Source: Candidatus Bathyarchaeota archaeon (GTDB taxonomy: Archaea; Thermoproteota; Bathyarchaeia; 40CM-2-53-6). From it: a stretch of DNA of 64,000 nucleotides. The position numbers and the translations under genes were made by a program. The notes beneath the pieces are model-generated. The model made no database searches and was not told where the DNA came from. It was given only the letters and a program-made list of their open reading frames with translations. Shown here in pieces: positions 30,816 through 40,746 of this stretch (positions are counted from its first letter, which is position 1; each line of letters begins with the position of its first letter). The DNA is taken from positions 864,001 to 928,000 of the forward strand of contig CAVSBL010000002.1 in assembly GCA_963726255.1 (NCBI GenBank). The letters are read 5' to 3'.

Positions 30816-31354
30816 GGTTTGGAGCTCCCAGCTTCCCGCTTCAGTTTAGGAAGGACTTGAGTTTGGAAAACGTGCAAGCCGAGGGTGGTGGCTCTGTACT
30901 CACCCTTTCCCTTCCTCTCGGCCAAGCTTTCGCCGCAGAGTTCACTCAAGCGACCTGCGACTGTACCTGCAGTTTTCTTGCTTGATGCGATCAGATCTGC
31001 GGATTGAACGAAGTCTTTGTCGGACCTTCCGAGCATTTGCGCAATTCGCGCCTTCGCAAGGTGGAGGAGCATGAGTTCACGGTCCGCGAGGCTGTCAACG
31101 GGGACGGTGACGACGAGCCCCTCTGGGGTGAGTGCGAGGACGCCTTCGCACGCTTTGGCCAGTTCGTTTAGGTCGACTGATAACGCGAGGTGGGACGCGA
31201 GTTCGAGTTCAGGGATCGCTTTGGTCAGGAATGTGAAGACTTCTTTTGCGACTTGCTCGGGTTGGCCTGTAATCTTCTGCTCGAGGGTTCCGTACTTGAT
31301 GGTAACCTCTATCGGCAGTCCTACCCTTGTGAGCTGTTGTTGGCCTTCAGACAA
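30812..31354 (-). CDS. Winged-helix protein (paralog B)
   Basis: TVAGRLSELCGESLAERKGKGEYRATTLG; 4-nt overlap with paralog A. Confidence 0.8.
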   Translation of the reverse strand: MSEGQQQLTRVGLPIEVTIKYGTLEQKITGQPEQVAKEVFTFLTKAIPELELASHLALSVDLNELAKACEGVLALTPEGLVVTVPVDSLADRELMLLHLAKARIAQMLGRSDKDFVQSADLIASSKKTAGTVAGRLSELCGESLAERKGKGEYRATTLGLHVFQTQVLPKLKREAGSSKP

Positions 31355-31414
31355 TTTAGTTTCACTTCACATTCATTCCTACACTCTATAAAAGCTTTGA
31401 AGTGCAGAATGAGC

Positions 31415-31503
31415 CTGCTAGGTGTTACTCTGGTAGAGGCTGTGTTTTTGTGCGTAGGTGAGCAAGATGATGCTAGAAATGATGGTTCTGCTAGGTGTTA
31501 CTC
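31415..31503. repeat. Perfect 16-bp direct repeat in the divergent intergenic region
   Basis: CTGCTAGGTGTTACTC at 31415..31430 and 31488..31503. Confidence 0.85.
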
Positions 31504-31589
31504 ACCTTCGACTCTGGCAAGTTCTGATGTGCATGGGCTCTGTTTTCGAACATTTTAAAGCTAGACTGTGCAGCATAGTCTGTTCAGCC

Positions 31590-31856
31590 TTGGACTATAA
31601 CGTACTGAAACTACGGATCTTGCGGTTGCTTTCGAAGACTGGGCCGGCGGATAGCAACTCCCTTGCAAACACGGTCATGGACACCAAGGATTCTGCGATC
31701 GATATTCATGCGCTTAGGATGGCTTTGATGCGTTACTACAAGCAGGGATTGTTGAGGCGTGAAAAGGCGGGCGGGATTTTCAGGTATGCGCTTACTGAGC
31801 GCGGAATTCAACGACTACGTTGGCTGGAAGGCCAGGCCGAGAAATCAAAAAGATAG
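31590..31856 (+). CDS. Small winged-helix DNA-binding protein
   Basis: ALRMALMRYYKQGLLRREK...YALTERGIQRLRWL; TTG start chosen. Confidence 0.8.
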   Translation: MDYNVLKLRILRLLSKTGPADSNSLANTVMDTKDSAIDIHALRMALMRYYKQGLLRREKAGGIFRYALTERGIQRLRWLEGQAEKSKR

Positions 31857-31881
31857 AAACATCGAACCCGGGGCGCCAGGA

Positions 31882-31938
31882 GCGTTATTAGTACTAATAG
31901 TATGATTAGGGCGTTATTGTGCTAAAAGTCATATTAGG
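31882..31938. repeat. Two tandem imperfect ~28-bp AT-rich repeats
   Basis: GCGTTATTAGTACTAATAGTATGATTAGG / GCGTTATTGTGCTAAAAGTCATATTAGG; the first contains the palindrome TATTAGTACTAATA. Confidence 0.7.
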
Positions 31939-31939
31939 C

Positions 31940-32437
31940 TTACGTGGTTGGGGGCCGGAGTTTGGGCAACACATCTTGCCTTATCCATTGCATTCCGGCG
32001 CCGGATAGTGAGTAGCGTCCTTGCTCTGCGATGAGCTTCCCCTCCTTCCTCAATTCGCTCACGTGCGCCCGGACAACGTTGTCCTTCACCGACTTCCAAC
32101 TCGTACCCAGTAATTCCATCAGCTTAGCATCTTCGACGGGTGATGGGTTACTGCCGTACAGAATTAGGCCGATGGCTTCCTTCGCGGAAATCCGATCGAA
32201 CGGTACCGTGAAATGCAATTTTCCATCCGGAGTTGTTTCAAGAATCCCCGCTAGCTCTTCCCCTGGAACGATGGAATCAACGGATTCGGCTGCGCCGCTC
32301 TGCTGAGAGAGAGTTGATGCGGTTGGTTGGGATTGGAGGAGTTCCTCAAACTTGCCTTGAACATATTCAAAGTCCCCTTCCAATTCGACTTCAAAGTTGC
32401 CACGCCGAATCTTGAACCTCAACCTGCGTTCTGACAC
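31940..32437 (-). CDS. Winged-helix protein (paralog C)
   Basis: FEVELEGDFEYV N-terminus; VRAHVSELRKEGKLIAEQGRYSLSGAG. Confidence 0.8.
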   Translation of the reverse strand: MSERRLRFKIRRGNFEVELEGDFEYVQGKFEELLQSQPTASTLSQQSGAAESVDSIVPGEELAGILETTPDGKLHFTVPFDRISAKEAIGLILYGSNPSPVEDAKLMELLGTSWKSVKDNVVRAHVSELRKEGKLIAEQGRYSLSGAGMQWIRQDVLPKLRPPTT

Positions 32438-32513
32438 GAGCCACGCCTGAGGCTGGAGTGGCGGGGATGGGTATAAAAAAGGAAGGTGGAGGCAGGTTCT
32501 GTTAAGACTTCGG

Positions 32514-32720
32514 GTGATTTATGTCGGTGTTAAGCGTCGGGTGCTGGCTGGCGTGTTGAATGACGGTTACCCACTTGTTTTCTCCCTCGACTTGAATACC
32601 CGCCTTCGGCAATTCGGACTAAGTGAAGGCGACCGACTAGAATGGAAGATGCGGGCTCAAGGTGGGGAGATAGTTATCTTTGTCAAGCCTCGTCAATCGA
32701 ATCCATCAAAGCCGGAATGA
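32514..32720 (+). CDS. AbrB/MazE-like small DNA-binding protein
   Basis: RQFGLSEGDRLEW...GEIVIFVKP. Confidence 0.55.
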   Translation: MIYVGVKRRVLAGVLNDGYPLVFSLDLNTRLRQFGLSEGDRLEWKMRAQGGEIVIFVKPRQSNPSKPE

Positions 32721-32735
32721 GAGGAGGTGAGTTGA

Positions 32736-32963
32736 ATGGCAATTTCGTTACTTTATGATTTGATTGTTCGTGCAATCGTCATCATTGCTCTTACCGACAC
32801 AATCATATTTTACCTGATATCGGTAAACCACGTGAAGATAACGAAGATACTGAAGCTGAAATTCGGCTATGGTGTACTGACGCTCTGTGTCATTGTTGTT
32901 ACGCTGATACCGCTCATCATTAACATTTGGTTCGTCCTATGGAGATACGGCGTGCTGAAATAG
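32736..32963 (+). CDS. Small two-TM protein
   Basis: Strong SD GGAGGTGA upstream; two hydrophobic helices. Confidence 0.7.
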   Translation: MAISLLYDLIVRAIVIIALTDTIIFYLISVNHVKITKILKLKFGYGVLTLCVIVVTLIPLIINIWFVLWRYGVLK

Positions 32964-33086
32964 GCGCAAGACCCGATGCTTAACAGTGAAAACATCACCC
33001 GTCAACTTAACAGAACCTGGAGGCACGGATACGCTGCCTATTCCACTCGTCCCGAAATGCTTCCGAAAGAAAACTGGGGTGGCGAA

Positions 33087-33638
33087 TCAGAGCAATAGAA
33101 GGATACCGGCGATCACCGCAAGAACTGCGCCGATCACGAACCCTCCGCCAATCAAGAGACTAAAGAGCGCTGTTGGAAAGATGACGAACGCTGCCATTAC
33201 CCTGAAACCAAGCATCATCAAGACAAGCGCCCCTAGCAGTACCAACCCTAGCATGATGCCAAGAATGAAACCAATAGACCCGAGACTTGCGAGCCAAGGC
33301 AAGTAGCTCCCCCAAACCGCGAAGAAGGCGGGGGATAGAAGCGCAGCACCGTTTGTGAATATCAGCGCTGCTGCAATGCCGACCAGAAGGATGGGAAGCC
33401 ACTGTGACCTGAAGAAGCTTGGGAAGAACGGGCCGTACCATCCAGGTTGCGCTGCCCCGGGATATGCGCTCACCACAGTTGGGGCCATCTGCGGAGAAGG
33501 AATCACATGGTAACAGTTCGGACAAAGAGTGAGAGCACCGTACGGTTTACTGCACGACGCACATGTTCCGCGCCCACAACGACTACAGACTCCTACAGCA
33601 GGTAGGTTCGGATGGTAAAAACACGTGTACGAGCTCAT
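33087..33638 (-). CDS. B-box-like Zn finger plus multi-TM membrane protein
   Basis: CFYHP..CSRCGRGTCASC...LCPNC; hydrophobic C-terminal half. Confidence 0.8.
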   Translation of the reverse strand: MSSYTCFYHPNLPAVGVCSRCGRGTCASCSKPYGALTLCPNCYHVIPSPQMAPTVVSAYPGAAQPGWYGPFFPSFFRSQWLPILLVGIAAALIFTNGAALLSPAFFAVWGSYLPWLASLGSIGFILGIMLGLVLLGALVLMMLGFRVMAAFVIFPTALFSLLIGGGFVIGAVLAVIAGILLLL

Positions 33639-33861
33639 GGAACAAGCCTAGTTTCAATCTCCTGTACATTCCACATCGATTCTTGATTCTTCGACACAAT
33701 TTAGTGTCAATTTCAGTGCCACTCAACGGCCAAGAATTCAACCATCTCGAATAACTTTCCGCACAAGTCAAAAAGGCCCTAGGAGGCGCGTGATGAGTCT
33801 AAAGTAACCCGTAAATAATCGCCGAGCCGCGATTCACTGAAATTTCGCTGGTGGTGACTTC

Positions 33862-34065
33862 ATGGATAAAGCGCTTGTCTTAGCAGGAGTTTTCTTGAGT
33901 CTGGGTGGTCTTACAGGGCTGATTTACGGCGCCGGCATCAACCTACAGGGAATGATGGCACGAGGGGCCACGGACTACTCGTTCATAACGACATACATTA
34001 CAGAATGGACTTTCGTCCTGATCGCAGGCCTAGCCCTATGTGCATCAGGCCTTCGGCGCAAGTAG
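33862..34065 (+). CDS. Small two-TM protein
   Basis: SD GGTGA upstream; two hydrophobic segments and a basic tail. Confidence 0.65.
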   Translation: MDKALVLAGVFLSLGGLTGLIYGAGINLQGMMARGATDYSFITTYITEWTFVLIAGLALCASGLRRK

Positions 34066-34521
34066 TGCGAACAGATCCGAGGAGACATTGAACACGCTCC
34101 TTGAATCGTCTGGACGATAATCAATTAGTGGCGAAGGGTTTCCTGAAGGCATACAAAACCCAGACGATAAGGCTTCCATAGAGGAGAAGCGTAATCTGTG
34201 CGGAGTGCTGTACGAGGAGCCCAGTGAAACCCAACTTTCATCGTTGCGGGGTTCGGGGCGTAGTTTGATAGGTAGTTCGCATATAGAGAATTTAGAGTAA
34301 TGAAAACATGTCGTTTGACCCCCCAAGAATGGCTGCCAGCGCACGCTTGCGGAGGTGGGTAGGGGAATGGTGCAGTCTCCTGGGTCAAACGAGCTTGATT
34401 TTGCGGCTCGCGCTCATGCCCGGTCAATCATGCGTAATCAGTTTGTCATGTAGTGGTGCGACCATTGTGGCTCACTACCATTCCAAACAAAGACCCTTCC
34501 GAAAATATAGCGTAGCTTCAC

Positions 34522-34550
34522 TGTGTGTGCGCACCACTATAGCCACATAG
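34522..34550 (+). repeat. Dispersed palindrome copy
   Basis: TGTGTGTGCGCACCACTATAGCCACATAG. Confidence 0.8.
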
Positions 34551-34581
34551 AGTAGTATCCGAACCTCCCGCCTTTCGGTCA

Positions 34582-35445
34582 TCAGTCTCGAAGGAATTCT
34601 CTGAGTGTCTTCAGGTAGTTTTCCTTCTCATCCCACATTGTGAGGTGCCCGCTATTCTCAAAGACTACAAGCTTTGAGCCAGCAATTCCTCTGTGGATGG
34701 TTTCCGCGACTTTCGGGGTGACTTCATCGTACTTGCCCACCGTCACCAATGTTGGGACCTTGATCTCCCGCAGCCGAGCGGTGATATCCCAGTCTTTCAG
34801 GTTCCCAACGATCGTGAATTCGTTAGGTCCATTCATCGTCCAATAAACTGGTATGCTCATATCATCGAATGCCCGTTTAACTTCGTCAGGCCAGTCTGGT
34901 AATCTGCAAACGAAGTTTCTGTAGAAAACCTCAACAGCCTTTAGGTATTCAGGGTGCAAAAAGGCGTAGCGCGCCTCATACTTGACGAGTGTGTCTCGAA
35001 CATCTCTCGGCAGTGTCGCTTTGAGCCGGTTCATTTCCGCAATTGTCTCTGGGATACTCGCCATGCCGCCTGCGATAATGAGTTTCTTAATGTTGGTCTG
35101 ATACCTCAACGCATACTGTAGTGCCAGCGCCCCACCGTAAGAACTGCCGAAGAGATTGACTTTGCCGAGGTTCATAGCCTTCCGAAAACCTTCGACCTCT
35201 TCGGCGCCATGCTCGATCGTGAAGAGGGATGTGTCCTTTGGCTTCTCCGACGCTCCGACGCCTAACTGATCATACATGACTACCTTGAGCTTGTCATCTC
35301 CGAGTTCACCCAGCGACAAGAGATATTGGTGGGTTGCTCCTGGGCCGCCATGCAAGCAAAGCAGAATCTCCTCTCCAGTTCCGAAAATCTTGTAGAACAA
35401 CCTGAACCCTCTTACTTCGACAAACCCGCTCTGCGGAGAAGTCAT
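34582..35445 (-). CDS. pip: Proline iminopeptidase family (tricorn factor F1-like)
   Basis: LHGGPG, YDQLG, GSSYGG, MNGPNEF, GKYDE, SGH. Confidence 0.9.
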   Translation of the reverse strand: MTSPQSGFVEVRGFRLFYKIFGTGEEILLCLHGGPGATHQYLLSLGELGDDKLKVVMYDQLGVGASEKPKDTSLFTIEHGAEEVEGFRKAMNLGKVNLFGSSYGGALALQYALRYQTNIKKLIIAGGMASIPETIAEMNRLKATLPRDVRDTLVKYEARYAFLHPEYLKAVEVFYRNFVCRLPDWPDEVKRAFDDMSIPVYWTMNGPNEFTIVGNLKDWDITARLREIKVPTLVTVGKYDEVTPKVAETIHRGIAGSKLVVFENSGHLTMWDEKENYLKTLREFLRD

Positions 35446-35554
35446 GACCAGATCCTTGGATTATCTGGCACTTACATCTCTAAGTTAGCTGTTTTGGCGA
35501 TGTCAACCGTATCTGCGTCTCAGACAGATGCTGCGTAAGGTAGCAGTTCTGGTT

Positions 35555-35584
35555 ATGTGCGCACCATTAGACCCACACACACCA
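35555..35584 (+). repeat. Dispersed palindrome copy
   Basis: ATGTGCGCACCATTAGACCCACACACACCA; 1 mismatch to 60201..60230. Confidence 0.88.
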
Positions 35585-35898
35585 GAATTCCGGATTCTCA
35601 AAGAATCATGGTCTGGGTCACGAAAATGGAGGTCGGCTCAAGGTTTGCCCAAACTAGAAATCGAGAAGGCTGAGGAACTTATCACTTGGAACACGTTCAC
35701 TCCACTATTAAGGCTGGACAAAGAGGCCAGTGAATTTCACCACCCAAGTCAACAGAACCGTCTTTCTTGAGGTCCAGCGAGGCTGATTCTAGCGCTGATT
35801 CTTCGTCATGTGAGTAACAGATGGGCACCGAGCAGGGCGATATTCGCAATGTCTTTCAATACCCAAACCTTAGCGCGTTTAGCTAGAGTGTTCCGATT

Positions 35899-36423
35899 AT
35901 GCCAACCCCACTACCTGACGTTCAGATTCCTAGCGAGGTTCCCATCGCTATGCATTCCTTCTCTAATTACTTCAAGGGTTTCGAGAAAATTCCGGCTGTC
36001 AGGGAGATTTTCGGGCCGGAGACTGAGAAGGTTCTCTCCGAGCTTAGGGTCGAGTTCTTCAGCTCCAAGTTCGGGTACATGGGAGTCAGCGATGAAGACG
36101 GCCACCTAATCGTCAGCGCGTATTACCTGCGCAATGGCGACCCAGTAAGCAAGTACCTGGACGTGGTCCACGAGCTTGTGCACGTTCGACAGTTCAGGGA
36201 AGGGAAGCCGCTGTTTGATGAGAACTTCGAATACCATGACCGGCCGACGGAGCTTGAAGCCTACAAACATTCGTTAGGGGAAGCCCGCAGGCTCGGCATG
36301 TCCGATGCGCAGATCTTCGAATACCTGAAGGTGGATTGGCTAGACGAGGACGAGGTCCGAAAGCTCGCCCGAAACCTCGGCGTAACCCCGCCAAAACGAA
36401 CCCGCGGGGAACGCGTACGGTAA
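35899..36423 (+). CDS. Hypothetical protein with HEXXH zincin-like motif
   Basis: VVHELVHVRQ...PTELEAY. Confidence 0.75.
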   Translation: MPTPLPDVQIPSEVPIAMHSFSNYFKGFEKIPAVREIFGPETEKVLSELRVEFFSSKFGYMGVSDEDGHLIVSAYYLRNGDPVSKYLDVVHELVHVRQFREGKPLFDENFEYHDRPTELEAYKHSLGEARRLGMSDAQIFEYLKVDWLDEDEVRKLARNLGVTPPKRTRGERVR

Positions 36424-36544
36424 TGGCAAGGCACTCGAATGTTGAAGTGATCATTCGGGCGGTGTCTGTTTGAACACCAGTTCGATTGGGATATCTTTTC
36501 GTTTCGCGTTAAAGTAGTCTACAGCGTAGATTGCTTCAGGCTTC

Positions 36545-37006
36545 TTGGAAGGGTTGAGGAAAATTTGTGATGAACATGGTTGCCTGCTGATTTTTGATGA
36601 GGTCAAGACGTGCGGCAAATTCTACGGCGGAGCCGAGGACGCTTTCCATGTGAAACCGGACCTCAAAGTGATGGGTAAAGCCGTAGCCGGCGGGTTACCT
36701 CTCTCGGTATTGGCAGGAAAGAAATCCATCATGGAACAGATCATGCCCGGCCAAGTTGCGCATGCGGGGACGTTCAATGCGAACTGGCGTGATTTTCTCG
36801 AGGTAGATTTCGGTAAATGGTACACGATGTATGCTGCAATGCTCAACCGCGGCATCATCCCAATGGGCACGGGCCCTGATGAGCAATGGACAATTTCAGT
36901 CCAACATTCGAAGGAAGATGTAGAAAAGTATCTCGAAGCGTTCAAAGAAGTCGCTAAGGAAATCAGCCAACCCTCACAGGCGGTCCCGCTGGTCGAAGCA
37001 CTTTAG
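36545..37006 (+). pseudogene. Class III aminotransferase (GSA-like) remnant with an internal deletion
   Basis: LIFDEVKT, MGKAVAGGLP, HAGTFNAN fused directly to WRDFLEVD; N-terminal half absent. Confidence 0.75.
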
Positions 37007-37025
37007 CACCGGTATGGCGCCGCAC

Positions 37026-37823
37026 TCAACTTTCTATCTTATCGACGCGAGAGTCGACAACTTCCTTGTCTTGCTCGGGCAATTCGTACCACTGAGCTTT
37101 TTCCCCCACTGTTGCCCTGGCCTTCCAGCGAAGCGATTTTGGCACGCGTTCTATACGATTCCTGATGTCTTCAAGCCGCTTCTGCACGAGGGCCACCGAC
37201 TCTTGCTCTAGTTCGTATTTGGGCAAGGCGCTAAGGATTTTGTCCAGGTTGATCGTGAAGGTCTTGTAAATCCCCCAGTCGTCGCTGCAAAGTGCCGCGA
37301 GGTAAGCTCCGTTGATTGTCTCAGGCTTGTCAGAATCAGCTATTTCGTGGTCTTTAACCAGCGCTATGACGTCCCTGTACTCCCTCTCGGTTATCTCGAC
37401 CACCTGGAGTTTTGTAGCGAGTAGATCGGCTAACGGTATTGTGGGATTGTCAAGAGTCAGCCGATTCTTGAAATCGAATTTGTGACACATTTCGAAAGTG
37501 TCTAAGAAGATGTCGACCCGCCGAGCGTTCTCAATGTCGTTGAATATCAGACGCTTGTCCCCTTGGAGAGCGTTGAACCTGTCCCGAGGAATATATCCGA
37601 GTTCCGCGAAAAGCTTCTTTATGTCACGCGTTTGCTTCCGGAGAGCCATGAAGTCTATGTCGACGTATTTTCTTCCGAGCGATCTGTGAGTGGCGCTCGG
37701 GCAGTGAAATCGTATAGCCAAGCCGCCGAACAGCCTAAGCATTACGTCATTCTTAACCGCGGCATCTAGAACGCGTTGCGTCTCTTGTACGATGTCGGGA
37801 AGTGGCGTATGCCATTCACCCAA
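37026..37823 (-). CDS. Nucleotidyltransferase-like protein (paralog 1)
   Basis: LFGGLAI...RKYVDIDF, VDIFLD, LLATKLQ; homologous to 57010..57795. Confidence 0.75.
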   Translation of the reverse strand: MGEWHTPLPDIVQETQRVLDAAVKNDVMLRLFGGLAIRFHCPSATHRSLGRKYVDIDFMALRKQTRDIKKLFAELGYIPRDRFNALQGDKRLIFNDIENARRVDIFLDTFEMCHKFDFKNRLTLDNPTIPLADLLATKLQVVEITEREYRDVIALVKDHEIADSDKPETINGAYLAALCSDDWGIYKTFTINLDKILSALPKYELEQESVALVQKRLEDIRNRIERVPKSLRWKARATVGEKAQWYELPEQDKEVVDSRVDKIES

Positions 37824-37907
37824 TCTCTGCAGTGAGGACGGTTTGTATATACGATTGCGGGCCGGTCAAAATTGCTTCGGTTACAGATGCGCAGGTTTCT
37901 GTCCGGG

Positions 37908-38246
37908 TCATGGCGCATAACCATCTAGTATCGGTGTGACTTTCTTTTGCAGCTCTTCAATTAGCTCGGGGTCGTCGCGGTAGTATCGGTCGCGTATGCC
38001 TAGGATTCTTAGTTTGTTCGGGTCACACTTGAAATGGGTGTTAACGTAGTAGGCGTGGACTGGCTCCATCACTAGGACCAAGTCCGCCCACTCGATAAGT
38101 TCCTGAGTAAGAAGCGTCCCTTCCGGGTCGGGCATGACTCCGGCAGATTTCGCCTCCCAGCGGTCATGCCAACCTTGGAAGAGGTTTTCGGCGGTTGGGC
38201 TGCGTTGAATATTTGCCGTGCAAACAAACAGAACGTGGTGTTTCAA
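37908..38246 (-). CDS. Low-molecular-weight protein-tyrosine-phosphatase-like protein
   Basis: VLFVCTANIQRSPTAE, SAG, WADLVLVME. Confidence 0.85.
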   Translation of the reverse strand: MKHHVLFVCTANIQRSPTAENLFQGWHDRWEAKSAGVMPDPEGTLLTQELIEWADLVLVMEPVHAYYVNTHFKCDPNKLRILGIRDRYYRDDPELIEELQKKVTPILDGYAP

Positions 38247-38413
38247 GTTGGGTGCGACCTGTATCTTACCCTGTCCAGATAGGCGTCCGCCACGGCTCTA
38301 ATGTTCGCTTTGGTGGAAATGTGGAACTTTCTCCCTTTTAGACTTCTTCTCCAAGCCCCGTTAAATACCTAGACGGTTAATCTACTGCTGTTGATGTGTG
38401 GAGGTGAGTTGAG

Positions 38414-38500
38414 ATGGCGAAGAAACGCAAGGTCAAGATGAAGCTTGCTGAGAGTGGTCACGTTAAAACTGAGACCGGTCAAACCGAATACGTAGCATAA
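38414..38500 (+). CDS. 28-aa basic microprotein
   Basis: SD GGAGGTGA; MAKKRKVKMKLAESGHVKTETGQTEYVA*; followed by a hairpin and T-tract. Confidence 0.5.
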   Translation: MAKKRKVKMKLAESGHVKTETGQTEYVA

Positions 38501-38515
38501 GAGCCCTATCGATGG

Positions 38516-38538
38516 CTGGGGCTGTTGCCCCGGTTTTT
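38516..38538 (+). terminator. Hairpin plus T-tract
   Basis: CTGGGGC-TGTT-GCCCCGG-TTTTT. Confidence 0.5.
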
Positions 38539-38711
38539 CACTTCCTTCTTGTTAGTTTCCGGCTTACTTCTAGACGGAGATGGTGTCCCCTACTCCCAGA
38601 AGATGGGGTCGAGGAGACCCTTCCTTTTGGGATGTGGTTATTCATGTGCGAATGTATAGGGCAGCATCCACATTCAGTTGTTGGGTGGACCCCACCCAAT
38701 GGGAGGCGTGT

Positions 38712-39993
38712 TTAGGCGTAGGCTTCTTCGCCGTGCTGGCTCATGTCGAGGCCAGTGTCCTCTTCCCTGGGGCTTACCCTGATGGGCGAGAAGATATTGA
38801 TCACCCTCAGCAGCACGTATGAGCCTACGAATGCGAAACCCGCCACGATTACGATTCCAAAGAGTTGCACGAGGACTTGATACGAGTTTCCGTAGAACAA
38901 GCCGTTTGGCCCAGCCGCATTTATGGCCGTGGATGCGAAGAGGCCGGTTGCAAAGGTTCCCAACATTCCACCGGCGCCGTGACAAGCGAACACGTCAAGT
39001 GAATCATCAAGCGTAGTCCTAGCGCGCCAGCCCGCCACGAAATTGCATACGATTCCGGCAGCGAGGCCGATGATTATCGAAGGCATGGGACCAACGTAGC
39101 CTGAGGCCGGGGTAATCGTTGCCAGGGCGCATACGGCTCCAACAGAGATCCCTACAGCGGATGGCTTTCCCTTCCGCAACCATTCCGTGAACATCCAACC
39201 CACGGCGCCCCGCGGCTGCCGCTAGGTTCGTCACCACTAACGCGTTAACGGCGACGTTGTCCGCGGCGAGGGCACTCCCGGCGTTGAAGCCGAACCAGCC
39301 AAACCAGAGAATGGCTGCACCGAGAATCACGTATGGAATGTTGTTCGGCCGTTCATTTCTCCTTACTCCTCTCCTCCTGCCGATGACGAGGGCGGCAGCT
39401 GCGGCGGAAACACCAGCAGCCGTATGCACGACCAGTCCTCCGGCAAAGTCCACCACTCCCATCGCTCGCAGGAACCCACCAACGGCCCAGACCCAGTGCG
39501 CGATTGGGGCATAGATGAGAGTGACCCAGAGAACTACGAAAATCAGTAACGACTTAAATCGGATTCTTTCGGCGAAGGCTCCAATGATGAGCGCTGGGGT
39601 TATGGCTGCGAATTTTAGTTGGAAGGCAAAGTACAGCAGTTCCGGGATGGCTGAAGAGTAGCCAGGATTAGGTGCGTATCCAACATTATTCAAGCCTAGG
39701 TCGGCTAAGTTGCCGATAATACCTCCAACAGATGCGCCGCCCAAGGCGAGGGTGTACCCCCAGAGAGCCCACACGAGGCTGATTACTGCGAAAATTGCAA
39801 GACACTGCACAATCGTGGAGACGAGGTTCTTGAGCCTGACGAGCCCGCCGTAGAAGAAGCCCAAGGCAGGAGTCATTATCATTACTAAGGCGGTGGCAGT
39901 CATAACCCACGCAATGTCACCTGAGTTGAACATGTTTGGAGCACCGAGTTGGAGCGTCGGGTTACCGGGATGGTTGTATATTTGGTTAACCAT
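38712..39993 (-). CDS. amt: Ammonium transporter; one-base frameshift near 39210
   Basis: FFYGG, DFAGG.VVH, WFGWFGFNAGS, ITPASG, DDSLDVFACHG, QHGEEAY. Confidence 0.92.
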
Positions 39994-40150
39994 TCCAATA
40001 GTAATTATTCTAAATTGCATCCTGTTCAGCAAATTACTTGCATACTTCTATGCGGCCCAACTCAATAATCATTGGGCAGACCATCTTGGTGGGCCCGGCT
40101 TACACGTGTATAACAACTGCTAGACATCATTTTCTGAGGCTGCGCTATGC

Positions 40151-40669
40151 TTAGGGGGCTGTCTGGCCGGCGAAGGCGCCTTCATATTTGGTTGCTCCGC
40201 GTGCTTCTTCGATGATTACTTGGCATATGGCGGTGCCAGGGTGCAGCGCCAAGGGTAGCGGCGAGACATTCAGAATCTCCAGGACCACTTTACCTGTGCT
40301 GCCGGGTTGAATGAAACCGCTGCTTAGGTGGATTAGGAGGCCTAGGCGTGCGAATCGGGAGCGCCCCTCGATTCGGCCGCTCAGGGTCGATGGTAGGGTG
40401 AGGGTTTCCTCCGTTATGCCTTGCACAAGTTCGTTCGGCATGATGAGGAAGGAACTATTCCGCTCAACCTTCACGGCCCTAGTGAGCTGCTTGTAATCCG
40501 CATCCTCACGAACATGGAAAACATCACGAGTCTTCTCGAAGACGCGAAAATTGTCGCCAAGGTGAAGGTCAATCGAAGCAGGGCCAATCTGCGATTCCCT
40601 AAAGGGTTCAATTCTCATCGACCCATCCCTGATGAGTTTTAGAAGCTCATCCTTCCCCATAGTTGCCAT
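40151..40669 (-). CDS. dcd: dCTP deaminase
   Basis: GPASIDLHLG, GRSRFARLG, GFIQPG, LEI, ICQ. Confidence 0.88.
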   Translation of the reverse strand: MATMGKDELLKLIRDGSMRIEPFRESQIGPASIDLHLGDNFRVFEKTRDVFHVREDADYKQLTRAVKVERNSSFLIMPNELVQGITEETLTLPSTLSGRIEGRSRFARLGLLIHLSSGFIQPGSTGKVVLEILNVSPLPLALHPGTAICQVIIEEARGATKYEGAFAGQTAP

Positions 40670-40746
40670 TTCTGCTCACGATAACTAGGTCAGGATGATC
40701 GTTAAAAGCTGGGACAACAGGCTTGACGCGGGGCATTGCAAAAGGC

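Noticed and set aside
35552-35565. Similarity of the reverse complement GGTGCGCACATAAC to the E. coli dif XerC arm
   Set aside because: Short partial match in one copy only, with no XerD-like arm; not evidence of a bacterial dif site.
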